A stretch of 64,000 nt of DNA from an uncultured Alphaproteobacteria bacterium. GTDB taxonomy: Bacteria > Pseudomonadota > Alphaproteobacteria > Puniceispirillales > Puniceispirillaceae. The notes below the pieces were generated by a model, which was given only the letters and a program-made list of their open reading frames with translations, did not search any database and was not told the origin of the DNA. Made by a program: the position numbers and the translations under genes. The first letter of the stretch is position 1. Each line of letters begins with the position of its first letter. Positions 17,746 through 27,367 of the stretch are shown here, piece after piece. The DNA is taken from positions 11,999 through 75,998 of the forward strand of contig CAXEYO010000002.1 of assembly GCA_964000485.1 (NCBI GenBank), written 5' to 3'.

Positions 17746-18608
17746 TTCTTGCTGCTGTGATTTGCAGGGAGAAACATTTGCTGGCCGTTCAGCGTGAAGG
17801 CTGCTATTTGTTGCTGGCCTTCAATAGAGCTTAGCCAATCTGCAAACCGGTTTGCCCCGCCCTGATTTACAAACGGGCAATGGGAAGGGTTGACCGTCAG
17901 TACCGAATAGCGATTTAAAAGGCTGTCGCTGGTATCTTCATAAAGCAGCCTGTGGTGAGACTTATTGCCAAAGGCCAGCCAGGTGCTAATATCACTCAGC
18001 AGATAGGCGTCGAGTTGGACAGCCAGATTAATGCTGGCCCCCATGCCCTGCCCGGCTTCCAGATACCAGCTACCTGGAGCGGAGGAGACATTAATACCTG
18101 CCTCTGACCATAAACGACGTTCCCGCGTGTGAGTGCCGCTGTCATCTCCTCTGGACAAGAAACGTGATCGTGATTTAGCAATTGCTCTCAACGCTGCAGA
18201 AACCGTTGCGGCATCTTTGATATTCGCCGGGTCATCTGCCGGGCCAAGCAGCACAAAGCGGTTCTGCATCACCTCAAGATGCCGCGCCCCAAAGCCTTTT
18301 TTCATGAAGGCTTTTTCATCCTCAGGGGAATGGACTAGAACCAGATCCCCATCACAATTGGCTGCATTGCGCAGGGCCTGGCCTGTGCCAACAGCCACCA
18401 CCCGTACCTCAATACCAGATTTTTTTGTAAATGCAGGTAGTAGCACATCATAAAGACCTGAATTCAGAGTTGAGGTTGTCGATTGCAATAAGAGATGCCG
18501 CTTATCCGCAGCAACAGGCATAACCGCTATCAGGCCCCAAACAGACGCAGCCACTATAACGGTTTTTATCAGATGAAACAAAGCCTTGCTTAGACACAGC
18601 AGTTTCAT
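17742..18608 (-). CDS. tupA: Tungstate ABC transporter substrate-binding protein
   Basis: STTST.NSGL, VGTGQAL, SRGDDSGTH. Confidence 0.9.
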   Translation of the reverse strand: MKLLCLSKALFHLIKTVIVAASVWGLIAVMPVAADKRHLLLQSTTSTLNSGLYDVLLPAFTKKSGIEVRVVAVGTGQALRNAANCDGDLVLVHSPEDEKAFMKKGFGARHLEVMQNRFVLLGPADDPANIKDAATVSAALRAIAKSRSRFLSRGDDSGTHTRERRLWSEAGINVSSAPGSWYLEAGQGMGASINLAVQLDAYLLSDISTWLAFGNKSHHRLLYEDTSDSLLNRYSVLTVNPSHCPFVNQGGANRFADWLSSIEGQQQIAAFTLNGQQMFLPANHSSKK

Positions 18609-18888
18609 GGCACTATTTTCTCTGATAAATGTTGAAAATCAAATTGTCCTGTCCACGCTCAACTGGGCGTGGCCTAATGATTGTAATACTACAAAACGAC
18701 AGGGTATTGTCGCAAGGATGATTATGCAGCTTTCAAAGAGGTAAATAACATGGCGGCTTCGCTATCAAATGTTAAACCGAAATTGTCTGTCCCGCTGCAG
18801 CTCTGAACTTAGCAGTTGTTGCTTACTTTATTCTTACAAGCACGGGAATGAATATAGCCTCTGTGAATTCTGGAGCGTCAGTGCAGCT

Positions 18889-19398
18889 TTGAAAGACTTT
18901 TCATGGTTTCGCCTAACAACTGCTGTTATTTTGCTGATAACAACTCTGTTTGGACAGGCTAAAGCTGAACACGGTCCCCATACCTTTACAGCTATTGAAG
19001 GCTCTTCAGTCAGGGTTCTAACAAACTGGCCAGGTTATGAACTGCCTGGATTTAGGGCTTCTCCGGGAACAGCTCCTGAAGGTACCGGCTTTGCCTTTGC
19101 TGCAGGTAACAGTTTAGGGTTGGGAATCAGTTTTAGTTGTGGTGTTGTTTCTGCTAAAGTTAGTAAAAATACAGGTTTTAACCCTGTTGAAGATTTTATC
19201 CAAACAGACGCAGCTGATAATCCCGGGGCGTCAGGTGGTTTACTTGTAAATGCGGTTGGGCAGGGCCTTGGCTTGATTGATGTAATTTTCACAAAATCAG
19301 AAGACAGTGATGCCGGGGTGAATTTTGCTGTGTCCGCAAAGCTGATAAAACGGAGCCTGTTGGAATGGGCAGATCAAGGGGATGTTTTTACCCACTGA
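18889..19398 (+). pseudogene. Internally deleted trypsin-like (HtrA/DegP family) serine protease; start uncertain
   Basis: Signal peptide, then GTGF joined directly to AAGNSLGLG.S.S.GVVSA; FIQTDAA.NPGASGG retained; catalytic His and Asp segments absent. Confidence 0.65.
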
Positions 19399-19493
19399 AA
19401 TAGTTGCCTGTTAGTGACTTGCAACTGAACGAAAAGGTCATTTACCCTTATGTACTTTGTTCGAGGCTAGAGTGCAAAAAAGAAACCATCTTT

Positions 19494-20549
19494 ATGGATG
19501 ACATTCTGAAATTCACACCGTCCGGAACGAATGCTCCGACGCAAAAACAGCGGCCTTCAACGCTGGTTGACCCGTTTGGCCGGGCCGTTGATTATATTCG
19601 CATTTCGGTCACTGACAGATGTGACTTCAGATGTGTGTATTGTATGGCAGAGGAAATGACCTTTCTGCCGAAAAAAGATCTGTTGACATTAGAAGAGTTG
19701 GAACAAGTCTGCCGGACGTTTATGTCGATGGGCACCCGAAGAATCAGGCTGACAGGAGGTGAACCTCTTGTCCGCCGCAATATTATTCAATTGATTCGTA
19801 ATCTGGGTGCGGAGGTGAAATCAGGCCAACTGGATGAGCTGACCATTACCACTAACGGTAGCCAGTTGACCAAAATGGCAGATGATTTAGCACAAGCTGG
19901 TGTCCGCCGACTGAATGTGTCGATTGATACGTTGGATGCAAATAAATTTAAACTAATAACCCGCTGGGGCGATCTTGATAAAGTGCTTGACGGAATGAAA
20001 GCTGCCCGTGATTCCGGTCTTTCGATAAAGCTAAATGCTGTGGCCTTAAAGGGCGTTAATGAAGATGAACTGGTCGATATGGTCGCCTGGGCAGGCGATC
20101 AGGGCTATGATATGACCATTATTGAAGTGATGCCTATGGGGGATATTGGCAATGAAACCCGTGTTGAACAGTATTTGCCTGTTTCTGTGGTCCGCTCGCG
20201 ACTAGCCAAGCGTTTTACACTGACTGATTCGGATTATGTTAGCGCTGGACCTGCTCGTTATGTAAATGTAGCTGAAACAGGCCGCAGGCTGGGGTTTATA
20301 ACACCGCTGACCCATAATTTCTGCGAAAGTTGTAATCGTGTGCGCCTGACCTGTACAGGCCAGCTTTATATGTGTCTGGGGCAGGATGATAATGCTAATC
20401 TGGCCCGCGCTCTGCGTGAGGATGGTGAGGAGGGCCTGCGCTCAGCAATCATTTCTGCGATTGCGCGTAAGCCAAAGGGCCATGATTTTGTCATCAACAG
20501 ACGTGAGGCACAGGCCGTCGGCCGACATATGAATGTAACTGGTGGGTAA
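19494..20549 (+). CDS. moaA: GTP 3',8-cyclase
   Basis: CDFRCVYC radical SAM motif, C-terminal C..CNRVRL...C, ends in GG. Confidence 0.98.
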   Translation: MDDILKFTPSGTNAPTQKQRPSTLVDPFGRAVDYIRISVTDRCDFRCVYCMAEEMTFLPKKDLLTLEELEQVCRTFMSMGTRRIRLTGGEPLVRRNIIQLIRNLGAEVKSGQLDELTITTNGSQLTKMADDLAQAGVRRLNVSIDTLDANKFKLITRWGDLDKVLDGMKAARDSGLSIKLNAVALKGVNEDELVDMVAWAGDQGYDMTIIEVMPMGDIGNETRVEQYLPVSVVRSRLAKRFTLTDSDYVSAGPARYVNVAETGRRLGFITPLTHNFCESCNRVRLTCTGQLYMCLGQDDNANLARALREDGEEGLRSAIISAIARKPKGHDFVINRREAQAVGRHMNVTGG

Positions 20550-20573
20550 AAGGCCGCCTAGGTTTCAGCTAAG

Positions 20574-21113
20574 ATGACAGACACGATAACAGATGCGATG
20601 AAAGGAGCTCCTGTCCCTTTATTTGGCCTGGCTGGCTGGTCAGGCTCAGGTAAAACAACATTGGCGGAACAGCTGATCACAGAATGGACGGCGCAGGGTC
20701 TTGATGTAGCGACTATTAAACACGCACATCACGAATTTGAAGGCGATACCCCGGGCAAAGATAGCTGGCGGCATCGCGAGGCCGGAGCGCGCCAGGTTCT
20801 TGTTTCTTCAGCGATAAGATCCGCGCATTTTGTTGAACATAAAACTAGAGAACCTGAACTGGCACAAATGCTAAATAGGCTTTTGCCTTGTGATCTGGTG
20901 TTGATAGAAGGCTTCAAGCGCGAAGCTGTGCCGAAAATGGAAATTTTTCGTGCTGAAGTGGGCAAGTCGCACCTTTATACAGAAGATAACCAGATTATCG
21001 CTGTTGCTAGTGACAGTGCAGTACCAGACTGTCCTCTACCAGTTCTGGATTTAAATGACATACCGACAATTGCCGATTTTGTGCTTCAGGTAGTTGGCCT
21101 AAGCAGCAGGTAG
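20574..21113 (+). CDS. mobB: Molybdopterin-guanine dinucleotide biosynthesis protein B
   Basis: GWSGSGKTT P-loop, IKHAHH, GKDSWRH, EGFK. Confidence 0.95.
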   Translation: MTDTITDAMKGAPVPLFGLAGWSGSGKTTLAEQLITEWTAQGLDVATIKHAHHEFEGDTPGKDSWRHREAGARQVLVSSAIRSAHFVEHKTREPELAQMLNRLLPCDLVLIEGFKREAVPKMEIFRAEVGKSHLYTEDNQIIAVASDSAVPDCPLPVLDLNDIPTIADFVLQVVGLSSR

Positions 21114-21121
21114 GGAGCGCC

Positions 21122-22354
21122 ATGCCACATCCCTCTACAACTCCGCTGGAAATTGCCCGCGAACTGCTTTTGTCCGCGGCGACAGGCTGGGCTCCTCAAC
21201 AAGAAATCTGCGGAGTATCGGATGCGCTTGGCCGAGTGCTAGCGACAGAACAGATAAGCTCTGTCGATCTGCCCCAGACAGATAACGTGGCTGTCGATGG
21301 CTATGCTGTTGAAGCAGCTTTTTTGGCTGCGCATCCCGATCATTTGTTTAAAGTTATTGGGACAGCACAGGCTGGTCATCCTTTCTCTGGCACAGCCGCG
21401 CCGGGTGAGGCTGTGCGTGTCTTTACCGGGGCAGTTATGCCTGAGGGGCCAGATTGTGTGGTTATGCATGAGGACTGCCAAATATCTGATGTCGGAATTA
21501 TCTGCGGTAAACAATTGAAATCAGGTGCTAACATGCGTCCAGCCGGCGAAAATATTGCTGCTGGAGAAACGCTTGCCGCAAAGGGGGTCTTTCTTGGCGC
21601 GGCAGATATTGGCCAGTTGGCCGCCGCAGGCCTCAGCCAGATACCCGTATTCCAGCCTCTGAAGATTGCTTTGATGTCAACAGGGGATGAGCTAGTTCAA
21701 TCAAGTGATTCGCGAAAAGTTGGCCGGATCTTTGACAGTAATCGACCGATGCTGGCCGCGCTATGTCACCAACAGGGTGCACAGATAACAGATTATGGCA
21801 TTATTAGAGATGACCAAGTCAGACTGACTTCTGCCTGGCAAGAGGCGCTAGACCATTGTGATGTGATTATCAGTTCAGGAGGAGCATCCGACGGAATGGA
21901 GGATCACACTCAGGCTGCTTTAAAGGCATGTGAGGCAGAATGCTTGTTCTGGCGGTTGGCTATGAAGCCGGGACGACCGATGGCTGTAGGTAAGAAAAGG
22001 CACCAGTTTATTTTCTGTCTGCCAGGCAATCCTGTAGCTGCCTTTGTATGTTTTAGGCTTTTGGTGCGTCCCGTTCTGGATAAGCTGTCAGGCGGTCATC
22101 CGCGCCTGCCCTTCAGCCTGATGCTGTCTAGCGGCTTTAGTCATAAAAAACAGGCAGGGCGGGCTGAATTTCTGCGCGCTTGCGTAATTGAAACTGAAAC
22201 AGGTGTGCAACAAGTTGTCTTGCATGGGCGCAAAGGTGCAGGTGTTATCTCTTCATTGACAGGGGCTGACGGGCTTGTTGAAATACCTTCTGCTACGACT
22301 GAGATTGCCTCAGGCCAGCCTGTTCGGTTCTATCCTTTTTATGAGGTTGTGTGA
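21122..22354 (+). CDS. moeA: Molybdopterin molybdotransferase
   Basis: DGYA, TGAVMP, STGDEL, MKPGRP, LPGNPVAA. Confidence 0.95.
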   Translation: MPHPSTTPLEIARELLLSAATGWAPQQEICGVSDALGRVLATEQISSVDLPQTDNVAVDGYAVEAAFLAAHPDHLFKVIGTAQAGHPFSGTAAPGEAVRVFTGAVMPEGPDCVVMHEDCQISDVGIICGKQLKSGANMRPAGENIAAGETLAAKGVFLGAADIGQLAAAGLSQIPVFQPLKIALMSTGDELVQSSDSRKVGRIFDSNRPMLAALCHQQGAQITDYGIIRDDQVRLTSAWQEALDHCDVIISSGGASDGMEDHTQAALKACEAECLFWRLAMKPGRPMAVGKKRHQFIFCLPGNPVAAFVCFRLLVRPVLDKLSGGHPRLPFSLMLSSGFSHKKQAGRAEFLRACVIETETGVQQVVLHGRKGAGVISSLTGADGLVEIPSATTEIASGQPVRFYPFYEVV

Positions 22355-22605
22355 TGAATATTCTGTATTTCGCATGGATGCGTGAACATACTGGCCGCGC
22401 AGCAGAAGAAATTGACTTGCCAGATGGTGTCTCCACTGTTGCCGAACTTGTGCCGCATCTGGCTAGCCGGTCGGACGGGCACGCAACAGCGTTGCGGAAT
22501 CTGAAAACCGTGCGGGTTGCAGTTAACCGGGCCTATGGCACACTTGATACGCCAATTTGCCAAGGCGATGAGGTAGCCTTCTTCCCGCCTGTGACAGGAG
22601 GCTGA
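22351..22605 (+). CDS. moaD: Molybdopterin synthase sulfur carrier
   Basis: YFAW.RE, GDEVAFFPPVTGG C-terminus. Confidence 0.97.
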   Translation: MMNILYFAWMREHTGRAAEEIDLPDGVSTVAELVPHLASRSDGHATALRNLKTVRVAVNRAYGTLDTPICQGDEVAFFPPVTGG

Positions 22606-22609
22606 ACTG

Positions 22610-23089
22610 ATGACTGAACCTGTGAACAGTGCTGCTGCGGATGTGAGTATTAGAACCGCAGATTTTGACGCTGGCGTTGAAATTGACAAATTGCGGCGTG
22701 CCGGTGTTGGGGCGATTGCCACCTTTAGTGGAATTGTGCGGAATGACGCTGAAACCCCTGGGCTGATTGCAATGACACTGGAACACTTTCCGGTTATGAC
22801 AGAACAGGAAATTCAGAACATTATTGATCAGGCCCGTCGCCGCTGGCCCTTAACAGCGGTGAAGGTTATTCACCGTGTCGGCCGACTTCTGCCTCAGGAA
22901 AACATCGTTTTTGTAGGCACTGCTTCTGCGCATCGCCAGGCAGCCTTCGACAGTGCTTCTTTTATAATGGATTACTTAAAAACTCGTGCGCCGTTCTGGA
23001 AAAAAGAGGAAACCAGTTCAGGTACACAGTGGGTTAAAGCCCGCGAAACAGATGATATTGCTTTGCAAAAATGGGTGGAGCCACGGTAA
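22610..23089 (+). CDS. moaE: Molybdopterin synthase catalytic subunit
   Basis: HRVG.L, SAHR..AF, MDYLKTRAPFWKKE. Confidence 0.97.
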   Translation: MTEPVNSAAADVSIRTADFDAGVEIDKLRRAGVGAIATFSGIVRNDAETPGLIAMTLEHFPVMTEQEIQNIIDQARRRWPLTAVKVIHRVGRLLPQENIVFVGTASAHRQAAFDSASFIMDYLKTRAPFWKKEETSSGTQWVKARETDDIALQKWVEPR

Positions 23090-23149
23090 AGGTGCTTCAC
23101 TAACACTTCATAATGCGGAAAGTGGGATGGTCATTTGATTTTCGTTAAT

Positions 23150-23266
23150 GGTAAAGTGGAGGTCTCGGAAAGTAGGAAAACCGAGACCTCCATCGGGGGG
23201 AAGACTTTTTCAAGTCGTATTTTATACCCACGCAAGACTGATTTAGATTGGCGTGGGTATATTTTT
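23150..23266 (-). ncRNA. Candidate three-hairpin small RNA
   Basis: Perfect 11-bp stem (23223-23233/23251-23261) and 12-bp stem (23157-23168/23181-23192), a small middle hairpin, C-rich unpaired segments, and GCTATAAT just upstream on the minus strand. Confidence 0.5.
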
Positions 23267-23269
23267 TTT
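23223..23269 (+). terminator. Probable terminator for the moa operon
   Basis: TATACCCACGC...GCGTGGGTATA stem followed by T8. Confidence 0.65.
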
Positions 23270-23337
23270 GAATTATAGCCACATAATTCTGAATAAAACC
23301 AGCCTAGATCGTCGGAAGTGCGAGTGAAATTGGTTTT

Positions 23338-24357
23338 TTATCTCCTTTTAAAGGCTTTTATAGATGGTTTTCCGGCTAGAAACAGGCTTAAGCGCAATTG
23401 CTGTTGCACGCTATACAGCAAATCGCTCAACTGCTTTGGATGCAGATGACCAGCATCATCCTCTACTGTACGCAGGATTTGACCTGCCATGCCAACCAGA
23501 TCAGCCCCCAACCACAAGCATTTCGCCGCATCCAAGCCATGCCGGACCCCGCCAGAGGCAATCACACACAGGTTGTCGGATACGGCCCGGGCCTGCGCAA
23601 TCGCATCAGGCAGCATCAGGCCGAAGGATAAAAAGGGCGCATAATGCGCCCGGTCAGTTGCCGGGCGTCTGTTAAGCTCAATTTGTGCCCAGTTTGTCCC
23701 ACCTTTAGCCGCGACATCCACATGCCGTACGCCGATGGCTGCCAGACGTCGGACTACATTACCAGACAGGCCTGCTCCCACCTCTTTCACCAGCACAGGA
23801 CAATTCAGCGTACCAACAGCCGTTTCAATTGCCGATAATACCCCGCGCCAGTCATGATCACCTTCTGGTTGAATGGCTTCTTGTAAAGGGTTTAAATGAA
23901 TGGCTAGCGCATCAGCTCTGATATCTTCAACAGCAGCGCGAGCCAGCTTCAGCCCATCCTTTCCGGCCAGCTGGGCGCCGCCCAGATTTCCAATCAGAAC
24001 AGCATCAGGGGCTAGGCGACGCAGCTCAGCCTGACTTTGCCCTGATTCAAGGCTGGCACGTTGAGAACCAAGCCCCAGCGCAATCTTTTTCTTCTGGGCG
24101 GTGTCTGCTAGCACCCTGTTAATCGCCATGGCCCGGTCTGTACCTCCGGTCATGCCTGTTATTATTAGCGGGGCATCCAGCTCAGTTCCCAGGAATTCTG
24201 TGGTTAGGTTGACTCTGTTTAAATCACATTCTGGTAACGCACAATAAGGCAGGCTGACCGCATCCAGTGGGTGGTCAACAAAGGGTTGGCTGGTCTTGGC
24301 CAGGTCAAGGTGCGCATTTTTACGATCGGCAGTTTGCGGCGTGCTTGTTCGGGTCAT
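23338..24357 (-). CDS. fni: Type 2 isopentenyl-diphosphate delta-isomerase
   Basis: RK.AHL, TGMTGG, GSQR, HLNPLQE, KEVG.G, GGTNW. Confidence 0.95.
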   Translation of the reverse strand: MTRTSTPQTADRKNAHLDLAKTSQPFVDHPLDAVSLPYCALPECDLNRVNLTTEFLGTELDAPLIITGMTGGTDRAMAINRVLADTAQKKKIALGLGSQRASLESGQSQAELRRLAPDAVLIGNLGGAQLAGKDGLKLARAAVEDIRADALAIHLNPLQEAIQPEGDHDWRGVLSAIETAVGTLNCPVLVKEVGAGLSGNVVRRLAAIGVRHVDVAAKGGTNWAQIELNRRPATDRAHYAPFLSFGLMLPDAIAQARAVSDNLCVIASGGVRHGLDAAKCLWLGADLVGMAGQILRTVEDDAGHLHPKQLSDLLYSVQQQLRLSLFLAGKPSIKAFKRR

Positions 24358-25214
24358 GGCTGCGTAATCTTTTTCAATGTGGGGCGGTACATGGTATCCA
24401 CCAACAACATATGCGGCACCGTCAAAGCAGCTAGCAAGATAAAGACTGCCCGGATAAAGGCTTCATCTGGTGAAAAACTGCCTGACATTGTCTGGCTGAA
24501 ATATAGCCCTGCGCCCATCGCCCAGGACGCTGCGGTCAAAATACCGCCACTGACTAGAATGAAGCGGCGGCTGACAAAGAGCTGCATAGCTTTCCAGATA
24601 CTGGTAAAATGACGGCGTGAATGTACAACACAGAAATAAACGGCAAAACCTGCTAGGGGCGGCAACAGCCACACTATCACAGCCAGCCCGGCCAGTTCAC
24701 CTGCCGCAGCTCCATATTGGCGGTTGAAAAGGGCTGCTCCAGCGTAAATACAGGCAGCAGCAAGCCAGATTATCAGCGCCGGCCTCAGCGCATCCATGAT
24801 CAGAACCGCATTTGGCCCGGCAAGAACGATAAACAGTTGGCTCACCTCTGCTGTGTGAAACACAGGCAACAAAATGGTCACCATGCCACCATGCACCAGA
24901 ATCTGACAGGCTTTCAGGCTGCGCTGGACAAGGCGCGGGCCGGGCTGAAACAGATGTTCTGTATCGCCGCTGCCAAAATGTACAATGGTTAGCACTAAAA
25001 AAGCAGCTAGCGCGAAGACAGGTGATACAAGCCAGATCAAGGCGGACAGCCCGGCCAGTAACAGATACATGACCAGAAAACCAATAATTTTGCCGGGACT
25101 GCGCCCAAAGCCCAGACAAAAGGCAAGGGCGCCGTCAAATGCACCATGGGGCATACCGATCAGCAACACCGCGGCAAGGGCAAATAGGTCTGTTTCTGAT
25201 AAGATATCCATCAT
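24354..25214 (-). CDS. blh: Beta-carotene 15,15'-dioxygenase (Brp/Blh)
   Basis: GMPHGAFD, HFG..D, FCVVHSRRH, LTVPHM; multiple TM helices. Confidence 0.95.
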   Translation of the reverse strand: MMDILSETDLFALAAVLLIGMPHGAFDGALAFCLGFGRSPGKIIGFLVMYLLLAGLSALIWLVSPVFALAAFLVLTIVHFGSGDTEHLFQPGPRLVQRSLKACQILVHGGMVTILLPVFHTAEVSQLFIVLAGPNAVLIMDALRPALIIWLAAACIYAGAALFNRQYGAAAGELAGLAVIVWLLPPLAGFAVYFCVVHSRRHFTSIWKAMQLFVSRRFILVSGGILTAASWAMGAGLYFSQTMSGSFSPDEAFIRAVFILLAALTVPHMLLVDTMYRPTLKKITQP

Positions 25215-25256
25215 ATTTACTCTGAATCTCCGCTGTTTACAGGCATTTTGCTCACA

Positions 25257-26387
25257 TTAACTTTTATCCGCGTTATCTCCGTCCATCACATGTATATCCC
25301 ACAATGCGTTTAAAAACAGGCCTTTTGGTATTGCCGTGATCAGTTTTGCATAGATTTTGAAATCTGCAAGGCCGGACATAAAGCGGGCGAATTCATCGCC
25401 GTTCAGAGCAAAGGCGATCTGCGCAAACAATTCAGCCGCCTTTTCAGGGTGATGCCGTATGACGTGCAGAAAGATTCTGTCTAGAAATAGATCAAAACGG
25501 CTGATTGGTCGAGGCATTGTTGCTGGCGTTAAAGACTCTGGACCGCCGAGGACCAGTCTGTCAACAATGGCATCTGTATGTTTTTGTATAAAGGCAAATG
25601 CATAGCCAGATGATGGGCGAACACATCCGCCATTTGCACCGATGGGCAGATAATCAAGATTGAGTGGTTGCACAAAAGCCATCGGAATACAGCCCTGCTC
25701 AGTATGGTCGACTTGCCAACCGCCAGTCGCCCAATAAGTCTCCAGATAGGTTTTAATTGCCTCTGCATAAAACTCATCATTCTGGCGTTTAGGGGAAAGC
25801 ATGGTGGACTCGACTAATGCCTCCGTGGGGCTGTAAGGAAGCAGATAGATAAAATGAATGCCGCGGGACTGGTCACATCTGAAATCCATTAAAATAGCTG
25901 TATCAGTTGAAAAACAAGGTTGTGCTGCTTTGATCTCCACACCTTTAAAATGCTGCAGCATGGCCCCGTCAGGCATATTTGGAGGGCGGCTGTCAAAGAT
26001 AGGCTGGGCGCCGGGTGTAGGCAGGCTGTCAGGCTCCTGCTGAATATTCCCGTCTATAATGTTTAGACAATGGGTCAGCCAATCACTGCTATCGAGACGG
26101 CAGTAGGGATGCGAATCAGCTGTTTGCGTAACCTTCCGTTCTGTTGTAATAATCTGCCATTTATGCCAGCGTTGTCTTGCGAGCTCGGTCTGTTCTTTGA
26201 GTCCCTGTGTTGCCCAGAATCCCCAGCTATGCCTATTTGTTGCGGCGAGAGAGATAGGACCATACAGACAAGCCTTTATACTTGATGTCTTTTCTGTCCG
26301 CACCAGCTGGCGGGCCAACGACAAGCCGGCACAGCCTGCTCCGATAATTGCCAATTCTGCCTGTTTTATGGAGGCTGTTCTGATCAT
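25257..26387 (-). CDS. crtY: Lycopene beta-cyclase
   Basis: GAGCAGLSLA, LMDFR, FIYLLP...ALVEST, PSSGYAF; operon context. Confidence 0.9.
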   Translation of the reverse strand: MIRTASIKQAELAIIGAGCAGLSLARQLVRTEKTSSIKACLYGPISLAATNRHSWGFWATQGLKEQTELARQRWHKWQIITTERKVTQTADSHPYCRLDSSDWLTHCLNIIDGNIQQEPDSLPTPGAQPIFDSRPPNMPDGAMLQHFKGVEIKAAQPCFSTDTAILMDFRCDQSRGIHFIYLLPYSPTEALVESTMLSPKRQNDEFYAEAIKTYLETYWATGGWQVDHTEQGCIPMAFVQPLNLDYLPIGANGGCVRPSSGYAFAFIQKHTDAIVDRLVLGGPESLTPATMPRPISRFDLFLDRIFLHVIRHHPEKAAELFAQIAFALNGDEFARFMSGLADFKIYAKLITAIPKGLFLNALWDIHVMDGDNADKS

Positions 26388-27367
26388 TTTAGTGCCTCAT
26401 CTAATAAGATGGTAATGGGCGCATGCAAATTGCTGTTATGAGTAGCTTTGGGCAGGCGATGGAGTTTTGATAGGGCCTGCAGGCTGGCACACAGTTTATC
26501 GCTCTTGCTGGTTACTACGCGCCCATCGCCCCACCGTAGCTTACGGGCTTTTAATTTTGTCCCAATGGCGCGATAAACACCTGCTGCAACAGCAGTACCA
26601 TATCGCGCGCGCACAGGCAGAAATCCCAGCCCCAGACGCCCGCTTTCATAATACTGCTCAGCAAGGGTCAGCAGCCTGTCTACAGCAGCCTGAATCTGTT
26701 TATAGTCCTTAGATTCAGGGGCCTTTGCACAGGCAACAATCTGGTCAGGTGAAAGCTGGCCTGTCCAGCTTTCAGGGAGGTAGCGTCGTCCCATCTGGGC
26801 ATCTTCCAGAATATCTCGTGCAATATTTGTCAGTTGCATGCCGATGCCCATATCCACAGCAAAACGGCAGGCTGCCCTGTCGTCACAGCCCAGAACAGGG
26901 CACATCAGGAGCCCGACTGCGCCTGCTACATGATAAGCATAAGCCACCAATTCTGCCTCATCCTTAAGCAGAATTTCAGACTGATCTAGCAACAGCCCGT
27001 CCAGTAGATGGATAAGTGGCCTAACAGGGATTTGGCATCGGTTCATAACCTGCATGTACTGCAAAAGCGCAGGGTCTGGCTGTTTAGGTATTTTCCCAGC
27101 ATCTATTTGGGTTAGCTGGCGGCGGATGTAGCGGAGTCGATGTGTTCCTTCTTTCGTATCCAGCCCGTCGATATCGCCATCAGCAATATCATCCAAAAGC
27201 CGGCACAGGCTATACAGCTCAGCCGCATCTTTTGCCATCTGGCGGCCTAGCAGGCGTGATGCCCAGTAAAAGCTTTTGCCGTTTTTTGCCAGTGTCTTTA
27301 GGGCTGTGCCCCTCTCAGCTGGATAATGTGCGTCTTGCTGTTTCTGTTCAGCGCGTAGGCTGGACAT
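26384..27367 (-). CDS. crtB: Phytoene synthase; start uncertain
   Basis: GKSFYWAS, CRLLDDIAD, VAGAVG, QLTNIARDILED. Confidence 0.95.
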   Translation of the reverse strand: MSSLRAEQKQQDAHYPAERGTALKTLAKNGKSFYWASRLLGRQMAKDAAELYSLCRLLDDIADGDIDGLDTKEGTHRLRYIRRQLTQIDAGKIPKQPDPALLQYMQVMNRCQIPVRPLIHLLDGLLLDQSEILLKDEAELVAYAYHVAGAVGLLMCPVLGCDDRAACRFAVDMGIGMQLTNIARDILEDAQMGRRYLPESWTGQLSPDQIVACAKAPESKDYKQIQAAVDRLLTLAEQYYESGRLGLGFLPVRARYGTAVAAGVYRAIGTKLKARKLRWGDGRVVTSKSDKLCASLQALSKLHRLPKATHNSNLHAPITILLDEALK

